Virus record (IMG/VR): IMGVR_UViG_2695420589_000005
Strand: one strand, 5' to 3'
DNA: 6,641 nt
DNA from: a virus
Lineage: Duplodnaviria; Heunggongvirae; Uroviricota; Caudoviricetes
The notes below the pieces were generated by a model. The model had not been told where the DNA came from. It saw only the letters and a list, made by a program, of their open reading frames with translations, and did not search any database. Of this stretch, positions 1-6,641 are shown in pieces. The position numbers and the translations under genes were made by a program. How positions within the stretch are numbered: the stretch's first letter is position 1; each line of letters starts with the position of its first letter.

Positions 1-41
1 CGCCGGGCATGTGCCAGAATCGCTGATTCAGTCTGTGTCAT
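1..41 (-). CDS. K: tail assembly protein K, 5' fragment (first 13 codons; gene continues beyond window start)
   Basis: ATG at 39-41 (reverse complement), 10 nt downstream of the L stop at 52-54. Hand translation MTQTESAILAHAR matches my recollection of the lambda gpK N-terminus. Position directly after L as in lambda. Confidence 0.65.
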   Translation of the reverse strand, partial: MTQTESAILAHAR

Positions 42-51
42 AAACCGGGAT

Positions 52-750
52 TTACTGCGAAAGTTTATTAATGGAAAGGAAACCGCCAAAATTGCCGACA
101 TTCCTGCGCAGTTCACACCCGCGCATGCACTTGCTGCATCTGTCCTTACGGATATCCGTGGTGGGGTTGTCGAACTCATCCGCCACCGCAGGACCGTTAT
201 ACCCGCATTCATCTCCCCGGTAATCCCACATACAGGTGTTCGCCAGCATGATGCGACCGGGAAACAGCGCCCCGTCCGTCTCGGTCGGTGTAGCCAGCAC
301 AAACGAGGCCGTCATGGCTGTCAGCTGCGACATCTGCTCCACCACCCAGCGGTCACTCAGCTCCTGCTCCGGGTCCGCCTCCGGATTGCCCGCAACGAAA
401 TTCACCGCATCCAGAAAACGGGCATACACCCGGCGGCGGACCACCGTGGCCCCCACCAGACTCTGCAGGTCTTCCGCCATCCCGGTGACCAGACCGAACA
501 GATTGGACACCGTCAGCGACGGTCTGGCACTGCTGCCCCGGCCGTTCATCTCAAAGCCGCTGCCGTCAATCGGGTATGCCTCATACTTACGCCCCTGCCA
601 GGTGACCGGCTCCCCTTTTTCATTCAGCTCATTACAGAAAAAATACCGCTCACCACCCTGTACCGTCAGGTCGATTTCCCAGAGTACCACCCGCGGTGAC
701 TGCTCTGACTTAACCGACTCGTTCAGACTTTCTTCGCGAATATCCTGCAT
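52..750 (-). CDS. L: minor tail protein L (lambda gpL-like), 232 aa
   Basis: Complete ORF in the track, same length as lambda gpL (232 aa) and near-collinear with it from MQDIR... to ...GNFGGFLSINKLSQ, including the Cys-rich C-terminal part. ATG at 748-750 overlaps the M stop (ATGA). AGGTGG Shine-Dalgarno at 758-763. Confidence 0.95.
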   Translation of the reverse strand: MQDIREESLNESVKSEQSPRVVLWEIDLTVQGGERYFFCNELNEKGEPVTWQGRKYEAYPIDGSGFEMNGRGSSARPSLTVSNLFGLVTGMAEDLQSLVGATVVRRRVYARFLDAVNFVAGNPEADPEQELSDRWVVEQMSQLTAMTASFVLATPTETDGALFPGRIMLANTCMWDYRGDECGYNGPAVADEFDNPTTDIRKDRCSKCMRGCELRRNVGNFGGFLSINKLSQ

Positions 751-1079
751 CAGTTCACCACCTGCTTAAACTCCGCGCTGAACTCAACGCGCAACATCCC
801 GACCCGCGCAGACCACCCGGCACAGGTCACCTTTATCTGCCGGTATGCATAGGGTGGCTTCCACAAAAATGCCTTCCAGCCACCGTGCTCTGCCAGGAAC
901 GCTTCCAGATGCCGGGCCTCCTCCCGGGTCACGGAAAGCGTCACCCTGTATGTTTTCAGGTCAGCATTCAGCCCTGCCGCCATACGCTGTGAGTACCCGT
1001 CACCAAAACGCACTTCACGCACCGATGGCTGCGAGTTCACCTCCATATCCGGCTTCACTTTCCAGCGAAAGGTTTTCAT
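750..1079 (-). CDS. M: minor tail protein M (lambda gpM-like), 109 aa
   Basis: Complete 109-aa ORF, same length as lambda gpM, sitting between H and L. ATG at 1077-1079 overlaps the H stop TGA at 1076-1078 (ATGA). Confidence 0.93.
   Translation of the reverse strand: MKTFRWKVKPDMEVNSQPSVREVRFGDGYSQRMAAGLNADLKTYRVTLSVTREEARHLEAFLAEHGGWKAFLWKPPYAYRQIKVTCAGWSARVGMLRVEFSAEFKQVVN
758..763 (-). promoter_or_regulatory. Shine-Dalgarno AGGTGG for L, 7-nt spacer, embedded in the 3' end of M
   Basis: Plus strand ccacct at 758-763; minus strand reads AGGTGGTGAACTG-ATG. Confidence 0.55.
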
Positions 1080-3802
1080 CCACCGCTCCCTGATAACATA
1101 CCGCCATCACGCAACTGCAGCCGGAGTTCATCCTGTGCCCCCTTGCGGGCCATCTCATACACCGCTTTCATCAGCTGCGGCCCTGCCCGCCCGTTGGGGC
1201 CGTCGTTCTGAATCACCACGTGATTGTTCTGATTAAAATTAATGCCTTCAGCCCGCCGCATCTGCGCCGGACTTCCGGCACCGCCGACATAACCACCTTC
1301 CGCATAGCCCCGCATCAGGCGGTACAGATTGCCGACACCAATCCGGCTGGTCGCCTCCTTCGTGAAGACAAACTCCCCGCGATGAACAATCCCCGCAGGT
1401 TCATATTTACCCCCCGTCCCCGTAAATCCCCCGGTCGCGAAATGGAAGTTCGCCGCCGCAGCCTGAATGGCCGTCCCCGTGGAGGCAGACGCACCACCAC
1501 CGAAAGCACCGCCAATGGCGCTGCCGATACTCCCGACTATCCCCACCATCGCCTGCTTCAGAAAAATCTCTGTCAGCATGGACAGCACAGAACGGGTGAA
1601 ACCACGCCAGTTCTGTTCGCTGCCGATCAGCATCGCTGCCATATTCTGTGCAATACCGTCAAAGGTCTGCGTGGCCGCGTTTTTAACCTGCGAAAAACTG
1701 TCCGTCGCACTTTCCGCCCACTCGCCCCAGCCGGACTTCATNNNNNNNNNNNNNNNNNNNNNNNNNNNNNNNNNNNNNNNNNNTCCACGAAGCTGCTCCT
1801 CCGCAGACCAGGTGTTCTTCAGTGCAGATGTGGCCTTCGCCAGCGCAGCCGGATTATCACCGTACACCTCACGAAGGCGCTGCTCTTCCGACTCCCGCTG
1901 CGCCTGACGGTCGGTGAGTCNNNNNNNNNNNNNNNNNNNNNNNNNNNNNNNNNNNNNNNNNNNNNNNNNNNNNNNNNNNNNNNNNNNNNNNNNNNNGCCG
2001 CCTGCTGTGCCAGCTCATTCAGCCGTTTCTGGTGTTCAATCTTGTCGCCCAGCTCAGCCAGCTGGCGTTTGTACTCCAGCGTTTCTTTCTCATGGGCCAG
2101 CAGGGATTTTTCCTGCTCAGATAACTGCCGTTTCGTGGCGGCCTCTTTCAGGACCACATACTGATTTTCCGCTTTCCATAAATCACGGCGCTGCTGGCTG
2201 ATTTTTTCATTCGCACCGCTGTGCTTCTCCAGCGTCCTGAGCTCAGTTTCAAGCGCCAGCAGGGCTGCATGCGCCTGGTCTTCCTGGCGCTCACCGGCAG
2301 ACACCTTCACACCGGACGGCTTTTTCTGCGTCGACTCATAATCCTTTTTTGCCGACGCCATCAGCGTGTTGTAATCCGCCTGCAGGATTTTCCCGTCTTT
2401 CAGGGCCTTATTCAGCTCTTCCTGCCGGGCGGTATATTTCTCCAGTGGCGTCAGCAGGCGCTCATACGCCTTCTGCGCCTCTCCGGTATACTTCAGCTGT
2501 GACGACTCACGCTCAGCCCTGTCCCTTGCCGCCAGTTCACCGGCTTTTTCCATATCCGACTGCAGCGTTGCCGCTGCCAGACCCAGACGGGCATTTTCCC
2601 GGTCATCCCATGCGCCCTGAAGGTTGGCCCGGAAAGAGGAGGTTTTACCGCGGCGCTGGCTCCGACTCTGGTACCACTGCCATTTTTTATCCGCCTCATC
2701 AAATGCCTTCTGCGCACTGGCGAGCATATCCGCTGAGGATTCCGGACGACCGATATCCAGAATGGCATCCCACATCGATTTGAATGCCTTCCCTGTTTTA
2801 TCCGCCCAGGTCTCCAGTGTTCCCATGTTTTCTTTCAGGCGACGGGTCTGCTCATCAAAGCCTTTCGTGGCGATATCGTTCGCCGCCTGCAATGCCCCGG
2901 CCTCGTCTCCGGAACGCTGCAGCTGTGCAACATACGCAATCTGCTCTGCCGTCACGTTACGGAACTGGCGCGCCATCGCCATCAGTCCCGACNNNNNNNN
3001 NNNNNNNNNNNNNNNNNNNNNNNNNNNNNNNNNNNNNNNNNNNNNNNNNNNNNNNNNNNNNNNNNNNNNNNNNNNNNNNNNNNNNNNNNNNNNNNNNNNN
3101 NNNNNNNNNNNNNNNNNNNNNNNNNNNNNNNNNNNNNNNNNNNNNNNNNNNNNNNNNNNNNNNNNNNNNNNNNNNNNNNNNNNNNNNNNNNNNNNNNNNN
3201 NNNNNNNNNNNNNNNNNNNNNNNNNNNNNNNNNNNNNNNNNNNNNNNNNNNNNNNNNNNNNNNNNNNNNNNNNNNNNNNNNNNNNNNNNNNNNNNNNNNN
3301 NNNNNNNNNNNNNNNNNNNNNNNNNNNNNNNNNNNNNNNNNNNNNNNNNNNNNNNNNNNNNNNNNNNNNNNNNNNNNNNNNNNNNNNNNNNNNNNNNNNN
3401 NNNNNNNNNNNNNNNNNNNNNNNNNNNNNNNNNNNNNNNNNNNNNNNNGATCGCATCGGCAAGCCCCCTGAACATGGGGATCATCCCGCCGAAGGAGTCC
3501 TTCACCTGACCGCCCTGTTGCAGCAGGATCAGCCAGGGATTCTGACCACCGGCAAGCTGCGTGGCGATATCCGTAAACTGTGCGGGCAGGGTTCGCATGG
3601 CCGCTTTATACTGCCCGACGGAAATCCCGGCTTTTTGTGCAGCCAGCGCCTGGCGGCTCAGGCCCTGTTCAACAGCACTGGCGGTTTTTCTGGCGTCGGT
3701 ATCCAGACCTGAAAAATGACGCCTTACCCGGCTCATCTGCTCATCGAAACGGACAGCATCCAGACTCAGGTCAATAACAAGATCACCAACCGGCTGGGAC
3801 AT
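1076..3802 (-). CDS. H: tail tape measure protein H (lambda gpH-like); nominally 908 codons, interrupted by three N runs with frame breaks across two of them
   Basis: N-terminus MSQPVGDLVIDLSLDAVRFDEQMSRVRRHF... (ATG 3800-3802). Central segment SGLMAMARQFRNVTAEQIAYVAQLQRSGDEAG...KISQQRRDLWKAENQ... (1997-2992). C-terminal segment ...YGDNPAALA...GSIGSAIGGAFGGG...HVVIQNDGPNGRAGPQLMKAVYEMARKGAQDE... ending at TGA 1076-1078. All three resemble lambda gpH as I recall it. Segments lie in frames 1/0/1 (first-base coordinate mod 3), see findings. Confidence 0.85.
1742..1783. other. run of 42 N (masked or unsequenced) inside H; reading frame preserved across it
   Basis: Directly visible; the H frame is the same on both sides. 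Confidence 1.
1921..1996. other. run of 76 N inside H; reading frame changes across it
   Basis: Directly visible; H-like translation is in frame 0 upstream (1997-2992) and frame 1 downstream (1076-1920). Confidence 1.
2993..3448. other. run of 456 N inside H; reading frame changes across it although the length is a multiple of 3
   Basis: Directly visible; H-like translation is in frame 1 upstream (3449-3802) and frame 0 downstream. Confidence 1.
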
Positions 3803-4062
3803 ATCTCACACCTCCCGGAATCCCCGCTGAAGCCATCATTAATGCGGCATCATCCACCATGACATCCGCCACATCCGCAGACGATAAAATATCGCGCCCT
3901 CCGTCCCCANNNNNNNNNNNNNNNNNNNNNNCGAACCGGACGCCTCCGGCAAGTCCTGCCGCTTTCTGCATCAGCATTTTGTCCTCATCCGGCCTCTCCA
4001 CCTGCTCTTCCTCATGCCGGGGGACAAGCAGACTGAAATCAGAGGGATGCATATCCGGATCG
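3783..4062 (-). CDS. T: tail assembly protein T (C-terminal part of the G-T frameshift product), 3' portion only; 5' part lies in the masked run 4063-4553
   Basis: Only one minus-strand frame (first-base mod 3 = 2) is free of stops across 3786-4062; the other two contain stops (e.g. 3806-3808, 3836-3841, 3850-3852, 3971-3973, 3985-3987). It ends ...AGIPGGVRYVPAGW with TGA at 3783-3785, overlapping the H start. Position between G and H as in lambda. The listed N-terminal Met of the track ORF is not a real start. Confidence 0.6.
3809..3815 (-). promoter_or_regulatory. Shine-Dalgarno GGAGGTG for H, 6-nt spacer to ATG
   Basis: Plus strand cacctcc at 3809-3815 is GGAGGTG on the minus strand, followed by TGAGAT then ATG 3800-3802. 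Lies inside the 3' end of the T reading frame. Confidence 0.6.
3910..3931. other. run of 22 N inside the T 3' region; the single open frame is the same on both sides
   Basis: Directly visible. Confidence 1.
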
Positions 4063-4553
4063 NNNNNNNNNNNNNNNNNNNNNNNNNNNNNNNNNNNNNN
4101 NNNNNNNNNNNNNNNNNNNNNNNNNNNNNNNNNNNNNNNNNNNNNNNNNNNNNNNNNNNNNNNNNNNNNNNNNNNNNNNNNNNNNNNNNNNNNNNNNNNN
4201 NNNNNNNNNNNNNNNNNNNNNNNNNNNNNNNNNNNNNNNNNNNNNNNNNNNNNNNNNNNNNNNNNNNNNNNNNNNNNNNNNNNNNNNNNNNNNNNNNNNN
4301 NNNNNNNNNNNNNNNNNNNNNNNNNNNNNNNNNNNNNNNNNNNNNNNNNNNNNNNNNNNNNNNNNNNNNNNNNNNNNNNNNNNNNNNNNNNNNNNNNNNN
4401 NNNNNNNNNNNNNNNNNNNNNNNNNNNNNNNNNNNNNNNNNNNNNNNNNNNNNNNNNNNNNNNNNNNNNNNNNNNNNNNNNNNNNNNNNNNNNNNNNNNN
4501 NNNNNNNNNNNNNNNNNNNNNNNNNNNNNNNNNNNNNNNNNNNNNNNNNNNNN
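4063..4553. other. run of 491 N covering the 3' end of G, the expected G-T slippery site and most of T
   Basis: Directly visible. Confidence 1.
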
Positions 4554-4824
4554 TGGTGAGCACTTCCTGCTCTATCTTCATCACGGCCTCATTCATTGAC
4601 GGTGACTGCGTTTTCTGTGGATGGTTATGCCACAGGGACATCGCCACCAGAAACGCGCCGGTTCTGACGAGATCTTCCACGCTTACCTGCAGGTTGCCGC
4701 TGGATTCTGCCTGTTCTGCACGCCGTTTCAGGAGGGCAAGATGCTCGATACGCTGCAGCGCAGACAATTCGGAAAGCGTGACAGACACACCGTTATATTC
4801 AAATTGTTCTGTTTTCAGAAACAT
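4554..4824 (-). CDS. G: tail assembly chaperone G (lambda gpG-like), 5' 90 codons; 3' end and the G-T slippery site lie in the masked run 4063-4553
   Basis: ATG at 4822-4824 preceded by GGAGGT (4830-4835) with a 5-nt spacer. Translation MFLKTEQFEYNGVSVTLSELSALQRIEHLALLKRRAEQAES...WHNHPQKTQSPSMNEAVMKIEQEVLT matches the lambda gpG N-terminal region as I recall it. The end coordinate given is the last unmasked base, not the true stop. Confidence 0.85.
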
Positions 4825-4829
4825 GTATT

Positions 4830-4835
4830 ACCTCC
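4830..4835 (-). promoter_or_regulatory. Shine-Dalgarno GGAGGT for G, 5-nt spacer
   Basis: 13-nt V-G intergenic region reads TAA-ACGGAGGTAATAC-ATG on the minus strand. Confidence 0.65.
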
Positions 4836-4837
4836 GT

Positions 4838-5590
4838 TTACCCTGCAGCGCCCGCTTCAGTAACGGTGACTTCAGCCACTGCGGCGAACTGACCATTTCC
4901 GCTCACCACAGGGATCTGCACCTTACCTGTCGCCACGCCGTTTACCGTAATTGTCATATCTTTCACACTAATGGTGGCTTTCGACGGATCGGCGGAAACC
5001 GCTCTGAACGTCTTGTCGGTTGCACTTTCCGGCTCAAAAGAAACCGTCAGGGTGGTTGTTTTCCCTTTTGCCACCGTACCGGATGTCGGCGTCACCTTAA
5101 TCGCACTGACCGGCGTAATTTTGCTGCGTTCTTCCGCTACAGAAGGTTTACCCACGTTAGTGACTTTCACCGTGCGGGTGATCACTTCTTTCGCCGTCAC
5201 GGCCTTACCGATACTGCTGACCCAGCCACGAAACACATCCACCGTGCCATTCGGAAAACGGATTTTATAGGCCCGGACATCGCCGCTTTCAAACCAGCCT
5301 ATAAGCCCTTTCTGGCCTTCCTCTCCCGGTTTCCAGGCCAGCGTAAAACTGGTATCACCTGCAGATTTCTGCCCCTGCCCGGTCGCGCTCCAGTCCGCGT
5401 CTTCATCATCCAGGTAGTTATCATCATAGGATTCAGCCGTCATCTCGCCCGGCGTCAGATCCTTCACCTTAGCCAGTCGCTGCCAGTCATCGTCTGACAA
5501 CGGGTTTGCATAAGCATCAGCCTTGCCGTTGTAAACCCACAGAGTGGTACCGGCACCTTTTACCGGCTCCAGGGGATTTGGTGTTGCCAT
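4838..5590 (-). CDS. V: major tail tube protein V (lambda gpV-like), 250 aa, with C-terminal Ig-like (Big_2-type) domain
   Basis: Complete ORF. N-terminal domain ...[12 protein letters not shown]...[30 protein letters not shown]...[41 protein letters not shown] is highly lambda gpV-like. GAGGA Shine-Dalgarno at 5595-5599. TAA stop at 4838-4840. Confidence 0.95.
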   Translation of the reverse strand: MATPNPLEPVKGAGTTLWVYNGKADAYANPLSDDDWQRLAKVKDLTPGEMTAESYDDNYLDDEDADWSATGQGQKSAGDTSFTLAWKPGEEGQKGLIGWFESGDVRAYKIRFPNGTVDVFRGWVSSIGKAVTAKEVITRTVKVTNVGKPSVAEERSKITPVSAIKVTPTSGTVAKGKTTTLTVSFEPESATDKTFRAVSADPSKATISVKDMTITVNGVATGKVQIPVVSGNGQFAAVAEVTVTEAGAAG

Positions 5591-5594
5591 ATCG

Positions 5595-5599
5595 TCCTC
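5595..5599 (-). promoter_or_regulatory. Shine-Dalgarno GAGGA for V, overlapping the U stop codon
   Basis: Minus strand reads TGTGAGGACGAT-ATG with ATG at 5588-5590; the U stop TGA is 5598-5600. Confidence 0.55.
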
Positions 5600-5993
5600 A
5601 CATCTCGTATGTAATGGAATAAGTCAGATCCGCAGAGCTCCATAACGCCATATCGTCATCACGACGATACTCATAGCCCTGCGTAACCATCGTGGTAATC
5701 AGTCCTGCCAGTGCAGGGATCGCAGTCATCGCCGGATAAATCCGGCTTTCCATCCACTGATCGAGCTCCGAATCAGGTACCTGTGCCGGTAAAAACACCT
5801 CAATATGCAGTGTGGCCCGCCAGGTATCTGCATCCAGCTCTTCACCGGTATACTCTGCATCCGTCAGATAAACCGCGATCGCAGGAAAATCCTCTTCGTC
5901 AAAAACAACGGGGCGACCATCAAACAGCGTCGCCCCGTGTTCATGCTGCTCGAGTGCATCCAGCACTGCGGCACGAATGTCAGTGTGTTTCAT
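5598..5993 (-). CDS. U: tail tube terminator protein U (lambda gpU-like), 131 aa
   Basis: Complete 131-aa ORF, same length as lambda gpU; [33 protein letters not shown]...[23 protein letters not shown] matches lambda gpU along its whole length. ATG at 5991-5993 overlaps the Z stop (ATGA). Confidence 0.95.
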   Translation of the reverse strand: MKHTDIRAAVLDALEQHEHGATLFDGRPVVFDEEDFPAIAVYLTDAEYTGEELDADTWRATLHIEVFLPAQVPDSELDQWMESRIYPAMTAIPALAGLITTMVTQGYEYRRDDDMALWSSADLTYSITYEM

Positions 5994-6565
5994 CGTTTTA
6001 TCGCAATCCTCAGTTGTTGTTTCAGCGCGTATGCCAGTTCTTTAGGCAGGCGTTCACGCCGGATACGGTCAACATTCTCATCAAATGCCTGTTTCAGTGG
6101 GGCCGCCATCGGGATTTTCACCACCTGAATGGGAAGGCGATTACGCTTTTTCCTTCCCTTGTCGTCATTGCCCTCCTCATATCTGGCCTGGGGAAGACGT
6201 TGCATAACATGCCAGCGCCCATTATTTAATCGCTGGATAAATGCCCGCTGATAACGATGCTGACCGGCTTTGAGTATGCTGTTCGGACGACGCCCCAGCA
6301 TTCTGATCCCCAGCTTAATCACAGGGAGATCACCGCGGTTAACGATAATTCTGGCATTCGGATTTCTGACCGTCGCCCGTTTCAGTCTGGACCGTTCCTT
6401 TACCAGTTTCCGTCTCACCCTGGTTTCCCGGGCAACCTGTGACGAAGACTGATTAATCGCCGTTGTGGCCACGCGGTTAATGGTCATTGCAGAAGCAGCC
6501 GGAATGGCGTTTTTACGAACCCGGCTCAGATTGTCAATCGCCTGATCAAGCCCTTTTATCGCCAT
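5990..6565 (-). CDS. Z: tail completion protein Z (lambda gpZ-like), 191 aa
   Basis: Complete ORF of lambda gpZ size, located between FII and U as in lambda. ATG at 6563-6565 preceded by AGGGTG (6570-6575). Stop overlaps the U start. Confidence 0.9.
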   Translation of the reverse strand: MAIKGLDQAIDNLSRVRKNAIPAASAMTINRVATTAINQSSSQVARETRVRRKLVKERSRLKRATVRNPNARIIVNRGDLPVIKLGIRMLGRRPNSILKAGQHRYQRAFIQRLNNGRWHVMQRLPQARYEEGNDDKGRKKRNRLPIQVVKIPMAAPLKQAFDENVDRIRRERLPKELAYALKQQLRIAIKR

Positions 6566-6569
6566 AATT

Positions 6570-6575
6570 CACCCT
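6570..6575 (-). promoter_or_regulatory. Shine-Dalgarno AGGGTG for Z, 4-nt spacer
   Basis: Minus strand reads TAA-ACGCAGGGTGAATT-ATG between the FII stop and the Z start. Confidence 0.5.
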
Positions 6576-6579
6576 GCGT

Positions 6580-6641
6580 TTATCGTCGCCGGTTAACTGC
6601 GGGTGGTTGCCCACGGTTGAGCCAGAGATAACAGCTGCCCC
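6580..6641 (-). CDS. FII: head-tail joining protein FII (lambda gpFII-like), 3' fragment (last about 20 codons; gene begins beyond window end)
   Basis: Hand translation of the minus strand gives ...GSCYLWLNRGQPPAVNRRR then TAA at 6580-6582, resembling the lambda gpFII C-terminus (...LWLGRGVPPAVNRRR as I recall). Sits 14 nt upstream of the Z start. Confidence 0.75.
   Translation of the reverse strand, partial: GSCYLWLNRGQPPAVNRRR

Noticed and set aside
1315-1515. Minus-strand 66-aa ORF nested in H in an alternate frame (Arg-rich)
   Set aside because: It is the out-of-frame reading of the Gly-rich GGN-repeat region of H. It has no independent start context and an extreme Arg-rich composition.
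1819-1920. C-terminal extension of the track ORF 1819-3462 (DSPTVRRSGSRKSSAFVRCTVIIRLRWRRPHLH) downstream of the 76-N run
   Set aside because: The genuine H frame after the gap is the other one (LTDRQAQRESEEQRLREVYGDNP...). This tail is read-through in the wrong frame, made possible by the stop-free N run.
2493-2768. Minus-strand 91-aa ORF nested in the central H region in an alternate frame
   Set aside because: It overlaps the strongly gpH-like frame and has no Shine-Dalgarno motif or homology support. Judged a chance ORF.
3806-3808. TGA in frame 1 three nt upstream of the H ATG, initially taken as the T stop
   Set aside because: Frame 1 has further stops at 3836-3838 and 3839-3841, so it cannot be the T coding frame. 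The only open frame is frame 2, which ends at 3783-3785.
3783-4052. Met at 4050-4052 listed as the start of an 89-aa ORF
   Set aside because: It is simply the first ATG after the masked run in the T frame. T must begin far upstream inside 4063-4553, so this is an internal Met, not a start.
4556-5497. Plus-strand ORF of 313 aa, plus other long plus-strand ORFs (236-769, 845-1093, 1220-2164, 1467-1907, 2221-2502, 2349-2783, 2624-3712, 2784-3509, 4621-4863, 4971-5270, 5711-6229, 5805-6128, 6257-6452)
   Set aside because: All lie antisense to well-supported tail genes. Their translations are Arg/Cys/Ser/Pro-rich low-complexity sequences with no recognisable protein character. Several stay open only because N translates to X. 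This is typical of spurious antisense ORFs in GC-rich coding DNA.
1-6641. Possible CRISPR array, tandem repeats, IS or transposon ends, att sites, tRNA or rho-independent terminators
   Set aside because: I saw no periodic direct repeats, no terminal inverted repeats, no tRNA-like cloverleaf candidates, and no GC-rich hairpin followed by a T-tract in the short intergenic junctions. Continuous coding on one strand leaves no space for them.

Overview
The whole 6,641-nt window is one tightly packed, minus-strand block of a lambda-like (lambdoid siphovirus or prophage, enterobacterial type) tail-morphogenesis operon. Read right to left it follows the canonical phage lambda order: FII (3' end only), Z, U, V, G, T, H, M, L, K (first 13 codons only). 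Identifications rest on the supplied ORF translations, which closely match what I recall of lambda gpL, gpM, gpH, gpG, gpV, gpU and gpZ; the K and FII fragments I translated by hand. No database search was run and no percent identities were computed. Gene junctions are 0 to 14 nt, with three ATGA stop/start overlaps and recognisable Shine-Dalgarno motifs, leaving no unmasked room for an inserted cargo gene, RNA gene, CRISPR array or mobile element. All plus-strand ORFs in the track are antisense to these genes and are judged spurious. Five runs of N (42, 76, 456, 22 and 491 nt; 1,087 nt in total) interrupt H and cover the G/T junction. Reading frames do not line up across three of them, so their lengths are probably estimates and every coordinate spanning them is nominal. 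I found no evidence for a novel system in the readable sequence; the only places one could hide are the masked runs.
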